A DNA stretch of 64,000 nt from Candidatus Zestomicrobium tamdykulense (GTDB lineage: Archaea > Thermoproteota > Thermoprotei_A > Sulfolobales > NBVN01), in the NCBI GenBank assembly GCA_039889305.1, contig JAVVFV010000001.1, positions 55,980 through 119,979 on the forward strand, read 5' to 3'. The position numbers and the translations under genes were made by a program. The notes below the pieces were generated by a model. The model ran no database searches and was not told where the DNA came from. It saw only the letters and a list, made by a program, of their open reading frames with translations. Below are positions 10,014 to 19,189 of this stretch, in pieces. How positions within the stretch are numbered: position 1 is the stretch's first letter; each line of letters opens with the position of its first letter.

Positions 10014-11139
10014 GGAATTTCTTAGTGTTTATTTGGGGGTACTCATAAGTTCTGGGTTTGGGCGGCTCCTCCTCATACGAGAATTCCTTCAGTATCTTAA
10101 GTATTGAGTTCTTTAGGTGCTGGTCTGCAAGCCTAGAATGATATATAGCTCCTAGGCTTTCTACCAGCATCTCTAGAACGTGTAGTTCTCCCTTCTGCAT
10201 ATGAAGATGTGGGTTCCTTGACTCTACCTGTAGTATGTCTATAGTGTTTGGTAAAGCTTTACATAAACCCTCTCTCAAACCGATATAGCAGGTTTCGAGT
10301 AAGTGTACTAACTCGTAAGTTTCTACAGCGTATCTTGAAGCAAAACTAAGTATTTTTGCTAGCTCCATACTCATGGCGTGCTCACCACTATTGCTAGTCT
10401 TTATTATGTCTGTTTCAAATTTCCTTCCTTTCGAGAGAACGCTATTTAGTACTCCACTTACTATGCCGGATACGCGTCCCCATCTTCTTAGGAGGAATTC
10501 CTCCCCGTACCAGCCTTTAAACCCCCACGAAATACGTACCATCTTATAGGGTGATTTACTCATAGCTAGGGCTGTGTAATAAACCAGTGAATACTCAAGT
10601 ACGGCACCTGGGATGTAGATATCGCTGTCTATGTAACCAACGTACCTAGAATTAATGCTCTCAGCAACTAAAGTACCTATTAAGAGGCCTTCACCCTTAC
10701 CGTCCCTAACTAGTCCTTCAGACTCATCTATTAAATCAGGAACCTCATTCTTAAGTAATTCCGCTATAAGTGGGTCTTTCTGATGTATCACTATGACAGA
10801 CCTTCCTGATAGTTGGTAAATATTCCTAGCTACGTCAACCTCATTAGAATAAACATCGAGAGGCTTGGTTGAAGAGTTAGAGACTACGATGAGGGGCGAG
10901 TGTAGAGGGACTGCGCGAAGAACTCCTTCTAATACTAAAGGATCCTCATCCTTAACAGGAATAACCATGGCAGTTGATTCAGCAATTCTAATTAGGTTCT
11001 CGGAAGTCAAGCTAAACGCACCAAATCTTTTCTCGAAATCAACACCGTAAAGAGAGACTGTCCTAGTGACATCATATAGCCTGACAGCTCCGTATGTCTC
11101 GAATTTAAATGGATATCTGATAAGCAACTTATTCCCCAC
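9964..11139 (-). CDS. mpgS: mannosyl-3-phosphoglycerate synthase
   Basis: Long colinear resemblance to Pyrococcus MPGS as I remember it: IPVKDE, VVSNSS, IHQKDP, RDGKGEG, GYIDSDIYIPGAV, MVRISW, GEHAMSMELAKIL, NPHLH, IYHSRLA, EEPPKP. Confidence 0.85.
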   Translation of the reverse strand: MGNKLLIRYPFKFETYGAVRLYDVTRTVSLYGVDFEKRFGAFSLTSENLIRIAESTAMVIPVKDEDPLVLEGVLRAVPLHSPLIVVSNSSTKPLDVYSNEVDVARNIYQLSGRSVIVIHQKDPLIAELLKNEVPDLIDESEGLVRDGKGEGLLIGTLVAESINSRYVGYIDSDIYIPGAVLEYSLVYYTALAMSKSPYKMVRISWGFKGWYGEEFLLRRWGRVSGIVSGVLNSVLSKGRKFETDIIKTSNSGEHAMSMELAKILSFASRYAVETYELVHLLETCYIGLREGLCKALPNTIDILQVESRNPHLHMQKGELHVLEMLVESLGAIYHSRLADQHLKNSILKILKEFSYEEEPPKPRTYEYPQINTKKFLDELLSRSEFSVAHGF

Positions 11140-11287
11140 ATACTATCGGTAACAACGTTATAAATTTTTTACAGTATACCGCGCATAGTTTCGTATTTCT
11201 CGAAACTCATGTTTTTGACTGAATTATTATGTATAGCGTGGGATATTTTATAAGGGAGGGATTCTAGTTTTTCTTGTATGTGGTGAT

Positions 11288-11805
11288 ATGTTGGTAACAG
11301 CTGAGTATGTAATATTCTCAACTATTACTGGAATTGTGTTAGGGACTTTTTATGGGCTAGCTACGATTGGTCTTAGTTTTACTTTCGGGATTTTAAGGAT
11401 TCTTAACAGTGGTCACGGTAGTTTAGTAATGATTGGTGCTTACATTAGTTATTAGGGATTTGCGTTAATGGGGCTCTCTCCCCTAATCTCAGCTCTCCTC
11501 GCTTTTGTTGTAGGATTCTTTGTAGGGTTAATACTATATCACGCGTGCTTGGCGGTCCTGAACTCGTATCGCTAGTTATAATGTTTGCTTTCGGGATTTT
11601 CCTGCAGGAGGTAGCTAAGTTTACTTGGGGTGCTTCACCGAGAGGATTTACGTTGGGTTTAGAAAGTATTAACATATTTGGTTATGAGTATCCTTTGACG
11701 CGAGTGATTGGCGGCATAGTTAGTACTGCGGTAGTAGTGGTACTCTACATCTTCCTATTCAAGACTAAGTCTGGAAACGCGATCAGGAGTGTCGTAGAAA
11801 ATTGA
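11288..11805 (+). pseudogene. branched-chain amino acid ABC transporter permease (LivH-like), N-terminal remnant with in-frame TAG, frameshift and truncation
   Basis: Own translation from ATG 11288: MLVTAEYVIFSTITGIVLGTFYGLATIGLSFTFGILRILNSGHGSLVMIGAYISY, then TAG at 11453-11455, then GFALMGLSP... The frame changes near 11545 into track ORF 11545..11805 (LVIMFAFGIFLQEVAKFTWG). The sequence stops after about 170 of the expected roughly 290 aa. Confidence 0.75.
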
Positions 11806-12139
11806 ACTATATCGTCAGGTAGCTGAGCCTGGCCAGTTCCCTTCAGAACATGCTGGTGCTGCAGCGATACTAGTCTTAGCTAGAGCTATAGAGAAAGCAC
11901 AAAGTCTTAACCAAGACGCTGTTAGGAACGCGCTAAATACTATGAAGCTAGTTACGTTCTACGGACCTTACTAAATAGACCCTGCTACAGGAAAGCAGGT
12001 AGCTCACGAAGAGATACTATCTCAGTGGCAGGGAGGCAAATTCGTAACTATATGGCCTCCGGAAATCACTGTCTCACAACCAGTCTACCCTATACCAACG
12101 TGGGATGAAAAGAGAGCTGGTGCACAAGCTAGTCCATAG
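11801..12139 (+). pseudogene. branched-chain amino acid ABC substrate-binding protein (LivK-like), C-terminal fragment with in-frame TAA
   Basis: Own translation: ...AEPGQFPSEHAGAAAILVLARAIEKAQSLNQDAVRNALNTMKLVTFYGPY, then TAA at 11972-11974, then IDPATGKQVAHEEILSQWQGGKFVTIWPPE...YPIPTWDEK. This pattern matches the C-terminal lobe of LivK/Leu-Ile-Val binding proteins. There is no N-terminal part or start codon. Confidence 0.7.
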
Positions 12140-12256
12140 GAAAATAGAACTAATTAAGAATCTATTTTTTAAGCATATCAATAAAACGATGTGTTATTTA
12201 AGATATTTCTAAAAGTTTCGTTAAATCTTAGATTAAAGTAATTATGCTGAAGTTTG

Positions 12257-12350
12257 TGGAGCCGGGGGCGGGATTCGAACCCGCGAGATAACGGGTATCG
12301 ACTACTAAACCACTGCAGCCCGCCGCCTTAGACCGCTCGGCCACCCCGGC
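12257..12350 (-). tRNA. tRNA-Cys (GCA) with a roughly 16-nt intron next to the anticodon loop and an encoded CCA
   Basis: Minus-strand read: GCCGGGG-TG-GCC..GGC-G-GCGGG-CTGCAG[intron]A-CCCGT-..-GCGGG-TTCGAAT-CCCGC-CCCCGGC-T-CCA. It has a 7-bp acceptor, a canonical T arm and the U73 discriminator typical of tRNA-Cys. The variable region comes out 1 nt long in my hand fold, so the isotype and intron borders are tentative. Confidence 0.7.
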
Positions 12351-12442
12351 TAATTAAGTAATGTTTACTAGGAATTTAAATTTTGACGGTAATATGTTGA
12401 TGTGTGATAGTAAAGTCTTCTCTCATGCATAAGTAAAATAGC

Positions 12443-12453
12443 AGTATTTAAGG
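12443..12453 (+). promoter_or_regulatory. BRE/TATA-like promoter element (AGTATTTAAGG) upstream of ORF 12487
   Basis: AT-rich TATA-like box about 35 nt upstream of the start codon. The same 10-mer recurs upstream of four other transcription units in this window. Confidence 0.45.
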
Positions 12454-12486
12454 ACATGTAACGTATTCTTAACTGATGTATGTGGG

Positions 12487-13068
12487 GTGTATGTATTGCC
12501 TTACAGTATTAGTTGCTTAGCTGATGTCTTAAGGAAACTTGATGCTGAAGGTATTAGAGGAGTGATTATCGGTAGTACCGTATATACTCTGAGGTTAGGA
12601 GCGAGAGAGTTGGAGGATGATGTAGATTTGTTTACTACAACAATTTCTCCTGTCTTTAATGAGGATGTTGTTTTTGAGGTAGCTGAAGGGATCGGGTGTC
12701 AGGTAGGTAGTACTGAGTGGGGTACTCCTAGTCTTGAGTGTGCTTTAAGTAGTGAGTGCGTTGTGTTGGTTGAGTTATACGAGAACATACACGACTTCTA
12801 CATACCTTCAGAAATGTTGAGTGAAGCTGAAACTCTAGAGATTGAAGGATTTAAAGCGAAGGTACTCAAAATTGAGGACTACATAATACTTAAAGCAAGA
12901 GCCGGTAGAGAACAAGATATGGAAACGTTAAGCTATATTAGTGACCTCATTAAAAGCAAAGTCTTAAAAGTTGATCTCAAAATATTAAGTGAGAGACTGA
13001 ACTTATTTGACGTAGATGAACGAAAACTTATTATACGAAGACTCAGCACAGCGAACATAAAGATTTAA
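12487..13068 (+). CDS. hypothetical protein, putative minimal nucleotidyltransferase fold
   Basis: IIGSTVYTLRLGARELEDDVDLF fits the pol-beta-type G[SG]-x(9-13)-D-x-D pattern. C-terminal YIILKARAGREQDMETL resembles the helper helix of DUF6036/AbiEii-like NTases. Tentative. Confidence 0.35.
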   Translation: MYVLPYSISCLADVLRKLDAEGIRGVIIGSTVYTLRLGARELEDDVDLFTTTISPVFNEDVVFEVAEGIGCQVGSTEWGTPSLECALSSECVVLVELYENIHDFYIPSEMLSEAETLEIEGFKAKVLKIEDYIILKARAGREQDMETLSYISDLIKSKVLKVDLKILSERLNLFDVDERKLIIRRLSTANIKI

Positions 13069-13100
13069 TTTATCAGTGTTTCTCTTAAGCATCGATCAAA

Positions 13101-13268
13101 CTACTTTCTAACACCTATTTTCTTTTTCTTAGGTCTTAAAGACTTACTCTTACATCTCCTGCATTTAGTGGCTCCCGGAGGATTTAGCGCGCCACATCTC
13201 CGACAGACAAGCTTATTAAGTACTCTTGCCTCAACAATCTTCATAGCTTCAGGATCTGTTACTGGCAT
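13101..13268 (-). CDS. rpl40e: 50S ribosomal protein L40e
   Basis: Own translation (55 aa, below the track cutoff): [55 protein letters not shown]. It has the C-x2-C...C-x2-C zinc ribbon and basic tail characteristic of L40e. Confidence 0.85.
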   Translation of the reverse strand: MPVTDPEAMKIVEARVLNKLVCRRCGALNPPGATKCRRCKSKSLRPKKKKIGVRK

Positions 13269-13431
13269 CTTGACACCTTAATAGATTATTAAGTAAGACT
13301 TAAAAGCATTAACACAACTTTCCAGCAAGTGACGCGCCCTCTACGGTGTTAAGCAAGAAATACAACCAAATAATTCAAGAGAACAATTAGTGAGGAAGCT
13401 AATACAAACAATGAAAAGCTTAAGTCTTTAG

Positions 13432-13950
13432 TTAGTCAGCTCTTATCTTAACAACGTTACCTGTTATTTGGGTTAAGAGATCCTCTATTATTTCTCTTCT
13501 CTTGAATGGGAGGTTTCTTAACTCGAATCTAGGTACTCTAACCACGTACTCAACCGTGCCGTCAGGCAACCATATAGTGTTGACGCTAGTTATTCGAGCG
13601 GGGAAAACTAGTTGCTTTACAACTTCTTTCGGGTCTTTTGTGTTAGTTATTATTCTGGTTCTGATCTTTAGTCTTTCACTTAGTGTCCAGTTTAGCTTGT
13701 TTAGTGATCTAGGGTCTGGTGTGTTGTTCTTCGTGTCCTGCAGTATGATTACTAAAGCTCCTTCACTCATCACGCTACGCACATATTCCATGTCTTTCAG
13801 AAACTTGAAATCAGTAAGTTCTTCTAAGTCAAGCAGCTCTCTCATTACGTCTACTTCATACTCTCTCACAGAACCACTCCTAACTATGGATTGACATCTA
13901 GGACATAGCACCCCAGTCTTCACACACAGTATGTCTAGCGGAATCTTCAA
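13432..13950 (-). CDS. conserved archaeal protein with N-terminal CxxC zinc ribbon and possible NusA-like KH-type C-terminal domain
   Basis: LCPRCQ near the N-terminus. The C-terminal segment VKQLVFPARITSVNTIWLPDGTVEYVVRVPRFELRNL resembles NusA/KH beta-alpha-alpha-beta regions. The antisense ORF 13502..13894 is Ser/Leu-rich and judged spurious. Confidence 0.35.
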   Translation of the reverse strand: MKIPLDILCVKTGVLCPRCQSIVRSGSVREYEVDVMRELLDLEELTDFKFLKDMEYVRSVMSEGALVIILQDTKNNTPDPRSLNKLNWTLSERLKIRTRIITNTKDPKEVVKQLVFPARITSVNTIWLPDGTVEYVVRVPRFELRNLPFKRREIIEDLLTQITGNVVKIRAD

Positions 13951-14078
13951 CCTCTCTCAGCACTCCCCAAATCCTTCTAATTAATTCACTAATAAATCAG
14001 TACGATCCTATTTAAATAAGTTATTACTGAAGATCCAAGAGTATTGTTTATATAAGTGGGTTTTACGTGTTGAGTTAG

Positions 14079-14807
14079 GTGAGTAAGGACGTGAGAGCTG
14101 TTTCTTTCGATTTATGGTTTACTTTGATTTATGAGGAAGAAATAGATGAGAGAATATACACGCTCATGCGTGTTAAAGCACTCTACGAAAGTCTCAGCAA
14201 GTTTAAGGAAGTATCTTTAGAGGATGTTATGGACGTTTATAAGTCTCTAAAGTTTGCGAGAGAGTATCTGAGTGCTAAATCGCTAGTTAATTTAATGACG
14301 CTGGCTTTAGGGATTAAGTTAAGTCGTGAAGAACTTGAGAGATTATCACATAACTATGTTATATCTACTAGAGACTTCATACCTAAAGTTAATAGGGAGG
14401 TTTATGAGGTGATTCCTAAGATTAGGGAGTTAGGTTTGAAGATAGCGATAGTTAGTAATACGTCTTTCTCTGAGGAGGGTGTTAGAGCTATGTTGGAGAA
14501 TCTTAGACTTGCTAACTATTTTGATGTGGTGGTATCTTCTTCTAGCTTAGGCTATAATAAACCAAATCCTAGGATATATAAATATCTGATGAGGAAGCTA
14601 GGTTTGAAACCTCAAGAAATACTTCACGTAGGTGACTCCTGCATTAACGACGTTTTAAGTCCTGTAAGTGTTGGGTTGAGAGCCGCACTGTATGTAGGAC
14701 TTAGGAAAGATAAGGATGTAGCCTTATGTTCGAGGCTTGACATTCCTATCTTACGTAGCTTGAGTGAGTTATTAGAGAAGAACTTAATAACTCGTAACAC
14801 TACCTGA
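14079..14807 (+). CDS. HAD-superfamily hydrolase (subfamily IA)
   Basis: Motif I FDLWFTL, motif II VSNTS, motif III/IV K...GDSCINDV. Note Trp at the D+2 position. Confidence 0.7.
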   Translation: MSKDVRAVSFDLWFTLIYEEEIDERIYTLMRVKALYESLSKFKEVSLEDVMDVYKSLKFAREYLSAKSLVNLMTLALGIKLSREELERLSHNYVISTRDFIPKVNREVYEVIPKIRELGLKIAIVSNTSFSEEGVRAMLENLRLANYFDVVVSSSSLGYNKPNPRIYKYLMRKLGLKPQEILHVGDSCINDVLSPVSVGLRAALYVGLRKDKDVALCSRLDIPILRSLSELLEKNLITRNTT

Positions 14808-14822
14808 GGTCGGTACTCTCTA

Positions 14823-15830
14823 ATGAAGTGTGTTGTGTGTGGTTTACGTGATGCTGTGGTAATGCAGAAGCATACTGGGAGAGCTTTATGTAGAGAGTGC
14901 TTCATAAGCGACGTAATATCTAGAGTTAAGAAAGAAATTGAAAGGTTCCATATGTTTTTAAGTAGTGATCGATTAATGATTGCAGCGTCGGGTGGTAAAG
15001 ATAGTTATGTGCTCTTAGACATAATTCTCAGATTACATGACCCCTCTAAGATAGGTGTAGTAACTATTGTTGAGGGGATAGAAGGTTATAATAGGCTGGA
15101 GGACGTCGAGAAAGTTAGAAGGTTAGCTAACGCGAATGGGGTTGATGTCATAGTCTTAAGTCTGAAAAAATATGTTGGCTACAGCCTGACAGAGTTAGTT
15201 AACTTAGGATTCAGTAAAAACGTTAAGATAAGTCCTTGCACTTTCTGTGGTGTGTTGAGGAGGAAAGCAATCAATGAAATAGCTAGAGACTTAGGATTCA
15301 CTAAAGTCTTAACAGCCCACAACCTTGATGACGAGGTACAGACAATCATCATGAATATTCTTAGAGGTGATCTCTTCAGGCTTATCCAGATACTACCAAA
15401 TGGTCCTATACTTAGTAAGCTCTTCGTACGTAAAGTGAAACCATTAAGAAAAATATATGAGGAGGAAGTAGCTATCTACGCGCATTTAATAGGTTATGAA
15501 TTCCAGACAACAGACTGTCCCTACCTCAGATATTTCCCCTCACTCAGAGCTAAGATTAGAGAGTATCTGTATAAGCTTGAGAAAGAAAAACCTGGTACAC
15601 TACTCAACTTGATAGAAAGGATAGACTCAATATTGACTAAGTACGTAAGTCATTACATGAACTACCCTGAACTACCGAGATGTGCTATATGCGGCGAACC
15701 CACAGCCTATGGAAGAAATTACTGCATGGCTTGCGAACTACTCACTGCTTTAGGAATAAGCAATCCATCCTACAGCAGAAACAACTACCTAAGATTAATT
15801 CCTGAGATTAAGGAGCAACAAACTTATTAA
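14823..15830 (+). CDS. tRNA 2-thiolation PP-loop ATPase (TtuA/NcsA/Ctu1 family)
   Basis: N- and C-terminal CxxC pairs (CVVCG...CRECF; CAICG...CMAC), PP-loop AASGGKDS, and Fe-S ligand contexts PCTFCGVLRR and DCPY. Confidence 0.75.
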   Translation: MKCVVCGLRDAVVMQKHTGRALCRECFISDVISRVKKEIERFHMFLSSDRLMIAASGGKDSYVLLDIILRLHDPSKIGVVTIVEGIEGYNRLEDVEKVRRLANANGVDVIVLSLKKYVGYSLTELVNLGFSKNVKISPCTFCGVLRRKAINEIARDLGFTKVLTAHNLDDEVQTIIMNILRGDLFRLIQILPNGPILSKLFVRKVKPLRKIYEEEVAIYAHLIGYEFQTTDCPYLRYFPSLRAKIREYLYKLEKEKPGTLLNLIERIDSILTKYVSHYMNYPELPRCAICGEPTAYGRNYCMACELLTALGISNPSYSRNNYLRLIPEIKEQQTY

Positions 15831-15963
15831 TTGAGTTCTTTCACGTAATGGGGAATTTCTACTCCGCTAGCAGATCACTCATTGTAGAAGAACCCACTGA
15901 TAATAATTGTAGGGTTTTCTGTTGTGCGTGCTTGGCCTAATACCTAGAATTTATTTGTTTGCT

Positions 15964-17604
15964 TTATCTTCTCAGAGCTTCAAGCACTAAACTTCTTAAG
16001 TTCAATGGTTTTTCACTAAATAGATCTTTACTCATGTACTTAATATTACTAGGTATCCTAGGTTTGAACTCCATCTTAGCGAGTATGTCTTTCTCTATAT
16101 CTATTTCAGGAGCAACCTCAATCAGTTCTAATCCTCTTTCTCCTAGTTCAAACACTGCTCTCTCTGTTATGAAGAAAACTTTCTGTTTTTTCTTAATGCC
16201 GTAACTACCGCTATACACTACTTTATAAACTCTCTTAACGAATTTACTTACGCTACCGTCTTTGGTTATCTTTAACGAATTCCCCGAAACTTCTATTTTT
16301 CTTTCACCAGCAGTGAACTCACCAGCAAAGTATAAGTGAGGAGTTCCGAACGCTATGACTGGAAACCCGCCAGCACCAGGCATCCTGCCGGGGAGGAAAG
16401 CCGGATTCACGTTACCTAATTCATCTACCTGCATGAATCCTAGCGACGCAGCATCAATTATCCCACCCTCATAATTAGTGAACATGTCTGCCATAGACAC
16501 TACTGCGAAGTACCCTCTAGATGCTCCGAAGTCCGCGCCCGTTAGGGCTACCCCTCCGAAAGGACCTGACTCAACTGTCATGTATATAAACTCGTCTATG
16601 TTTTCTTCGTTAATGACTGAAGCTACATCAGCAGGTATTCCTATACCTAGATTAACTAGTATTGGTCTCCCTAAAGAAACTACTAGAGAAGCTAGTTCTA
16701 ATGTTACTCTCCTAGCTATGATTTTCCTAACACCTAACCGTAAAGTAGAAGACTTTAAGAATTTTTGGGATGGTATTATCTCACCAGATATTGTTGGATC
16801 GTACAGAATGGTATCTGTTTGCCCATGAAACTCTAGCAACTCAGGAGCTACTACCACGTAATCTACTAGTGGAGCCGGTACGTATACGTTTCTAGGACCT
16901 ATAAAGCCAGCTCTAGTTACTCTCTTGACTTGAGCTATAGTTATTCCTTTCTCAGGACATGCTTTAGCTGACTGAGCTATCGCGAGAACGTTAAGTAACG
17001 CACCTTCGTGCTCCATAGATATGTTACCTATTTCATCAGCTGTAGTACCACGTATTAGCGCGACGTTAGGTTTAGGACACATATATAGCAGGTATTCCTC
17101 ATCACCTAAAATAACTAGATCTACTCTGCAAGTCTTTCTCTCTTCAGCTAAGTTATTCACTAACCCGCCACCATATCTGGGATCAAACATCGTGCCTAGA
17201 CCCACCTTAGTAAGAACTCCAGGTCTACCAGCAGCTACTTCTCTGAACCAGTGAGAGACGATGCCTATAGGCCAATTATATCCCTCTATTATATTCTCTT
17301 CTACAAGTCTAGCTATGTTGGGGATCCAACCATAGAAAGGTATCAAGACTCCTTTTAGGAAATCATAATCTTTATTCTCAATTATTTTCTTCCCAACGAG
17401 ATCTAAGCCCTTGCCGGGAGTTCCCGGACACGTCTCAGCAATAATAAATAGGTTTCTCGGGTGACCGTAAGTTGAGTATACCTCGTAAAGCTTACTTATT
17501 AAGTATGCTGGAGTAGCAATCATGTTAAAACCTGAGACCGCGACGATTGAGTTGTCTTTCACTATACGTAAAGCTTCCTCAGGCTCAACAATCTTGTTGA
17601 ACAC
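15964..17604 (-). CDS. acyl-CoA:acetate/3-ketoacid CoA-transferase (YdiF-like, fused alpha-beta)
   Basis: 546 aa. The N-terminal IVAVSGFN, central GIGIPA and overall length fit fused family I CoA-transferases. Confidence 0.6.
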   Translation of the reverse strand: MFNKIVEPEEALRIVKDNSIVAVSGFNMIATPAYLISKLYEVYSTYGHPRNLFIIAETCPGTPGKGLDLVGKKIIENKDYDFLKGVLIPFYGWIPNIARLVEENIIEGYNWPIGIVSHWFREVAAGRPGVLTKVGLGTMFDPRYGGGLVNNLAEERKTCRVDLVILGDEEYLLYMCPKPNVALIRGTTADEIGNISMEHEGALLNVLAIAQSAKACPEKGITIAQVKRVTRAGFIGPRNVYVPAPLVDYVVVAPELLEFHGQTDTILYDPTISGEIIPSQKFLKSSTLRLGVRKIIARRVTLELASLVVSLGRPILVNLGIGIPADVASVINEENIDEFIYMTVESGPFGGVALTGADFGASRGYFAVVSMADMFTNYEGGIIDAASLGFMQVDELGNVNPAFLPGRMPGAGGFPVIAFGTPHLYFAGEFTAGERKIEVSGNSLKITKDGSVSKFVKRVYKVVYSGSYGIKKKQKVFFITERAVFELGERGLELIEVAPEIDIEKDILAKMEFKPRIPSNIKYMSKDLFSEKPLNLRSLVLEALRR

Positions 17605-17707
17605 ATAATCACCGATGAGGTATTACTACTTACACACTTAAAAGAGAATTAAGCGGGATTCTGAACAACAAACAAAAATATTGAGTTTGACAGAACAAGA
17701 TTTAGAT

Positions 17708-19189
17708 TTACCACCATCTTGTTATGACTATCTTCCTGTCTGTGAAGAAGTCTACTACGTCTATCTGTGGGTGATGACTACCAAGACCTGCTAATCTCCT
17801 GCCTCCGAAGGGGAACCACCCTACTGGTGCGGCTATCCCTATATTAACTCCTACGTTACCGACGTAAACCCCGTGAACGAATTCTCTAGCCCACTTACCA
17901 CTCCTAGTAAATATAGCTGCTGAATGATGATATTTGTTATTATTCACCCACTCAATTGCTTCATCGAGACTCTCAGCTCTCAGCAAGTTAGCTACTGGAC
18001 CGAAAATCTCCTCACGAGCGATCTTCATGTCTGGTGTTACTCCTTCAAGTATCGTAGGACCTAAGTAGAAGCCGTTTGGGTATTCCAGATTCTTATATTC
18101 TCTCCCATCCAAGACTAGCTTAGCTCCCTCACTCAAGCCTGTCTCAATCCACTTAATTATGTTTTCTCTATATTTCTTGCTAGCTACGGGACCCATCTCT
18201 GAGGTTTCATCAAGTCCGTAACCTATCTTAATCTTCTTAGCGAGCTCTACGAAAGCATTCTTGAATTTATTGTAGAAGTTATCATCACCTACTATCACTA
18301 TATTCTGTATAGCTAGGCATCTCTGACCAGTATTACCGAATTTAGAGTCTCTAAGATTATGTACTGTTCTTTCGAGATCCGCGTCTGGCATCACTACAGC
18401 ATAGTTTGAAGCACTACCACCACCTAAGAACCTCTTACTGTGTTTTGCTGATAATTCGTAAAGTCTTAACGCTGCGGAGCTAGTCCCTACGAACGCAGTA
18501 CCCTCAACCTTAGGATGAGTTACCATGTATTCCCCAACTTCATGATCTGTGTATACTACGTTAAGAACTCCTGGCGGGAGTGCTTCAGCTAATACTTCAA
18601 CAGTTACCATGAGTGGTAGTGGGGTGGTACTGCTAGCTTTAACTACTAAAGTATCTCCTAAGGCGAGGGCGTATGGTATGAACCAGAAAGGTATCATTAT
18701 GGGGAAGTTGTAAGGGCTTACTATGGTGAAGACTCCTATAGGTTCTCTAATGAGTACCTCGTCAATTCCTCTCGCGATTTCCTGCTGGTACTCACCCTTA
18801 GCTAGAGAGTAGGCTACAGAGATAGCTGCCTCAACATTCTCTATACTCCTCCTCAGGTCACCACGTGATTCTCTAATAACTTTACCGTGGTTTTGTGTAT
18901 TTACTCGTGCAAGCGTTTCCTTATTCTCTTCCATCAAATACTTCATTCTGAAGATGTATTGAAGTCTGTCAGGGACAGGCATCCTACTCCAAGATTTGAA
19001 TGCTTCGTATGCTGCCTCAATAGCTGCGTCAACCTCTTCTTTAGTAGCTAGAGGCATCTCAGCTATGACTTCGCCTTTCCCGGGATCGTATATAGGCACA
19101 TACTTATCTGTGGTTGATTCCACCCACTTACCGTTTACGAATAACTTCATCCTACCATAATTTGTTTTAGGGGGTTGTAAGAGACTCAT
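17708..19189 (-). CDS. aldehyde dehydrogenase, methylmalonate/malonate-semialdehyde dehydrogenase (CoA-acylating)-like
   Basis: ALDH fold with catalytic FGNTGQRCLA and EIFGPV. The N-terminal LFVNGKWVES and C-terminal KIVITRWW resemble MmsA/IolA-type enzymes. Overlaps the upstream aminotransferase by 4 nt. Confidence 0.65.
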   Translation of the reverse strand: MSLLQPPKTNYGRMKLFVNGKWVESTTDKYVPIYDPGKGEVIAEMPLATKEEVDAAIEAAYEAFKSWSRMPVPDRLQYIFRMKYLMEENKETLARVNTQNHGKVIRESRGDLRRSIENVEAAISVAYSLAKGEYQQEIARGIDEVLIREPIGVFTIVSPYNFPIMIPFWFIPYALALGDTLVVKASSTTPLPLMVTVEVLAEALPPGVLNVVYTDHEVGEYMVTHPKVEGTAFVGTSSAALRLYELSAKHSKRFLGGGSASNYAVVMPDADLERTVHNLRDSKFGNTGQRCLAIQNIVIVGDDNFYNKFKNAFVELAKKIKIGYGLDETSEMGPVASKKYRENIIKWIETGLSEGAKLVLDGREYKNLEYPNGFYLGPTILEGVTPDMKIAREEIFGPVANLLRAESLDEAIEWVNNNKYHHSAAIFTRSGKWAREFVHGVYVGNVGVNIGIAAPVGWFPFGGRRLAGLGSHHPQIDVVDFFTDRKIVITRWW

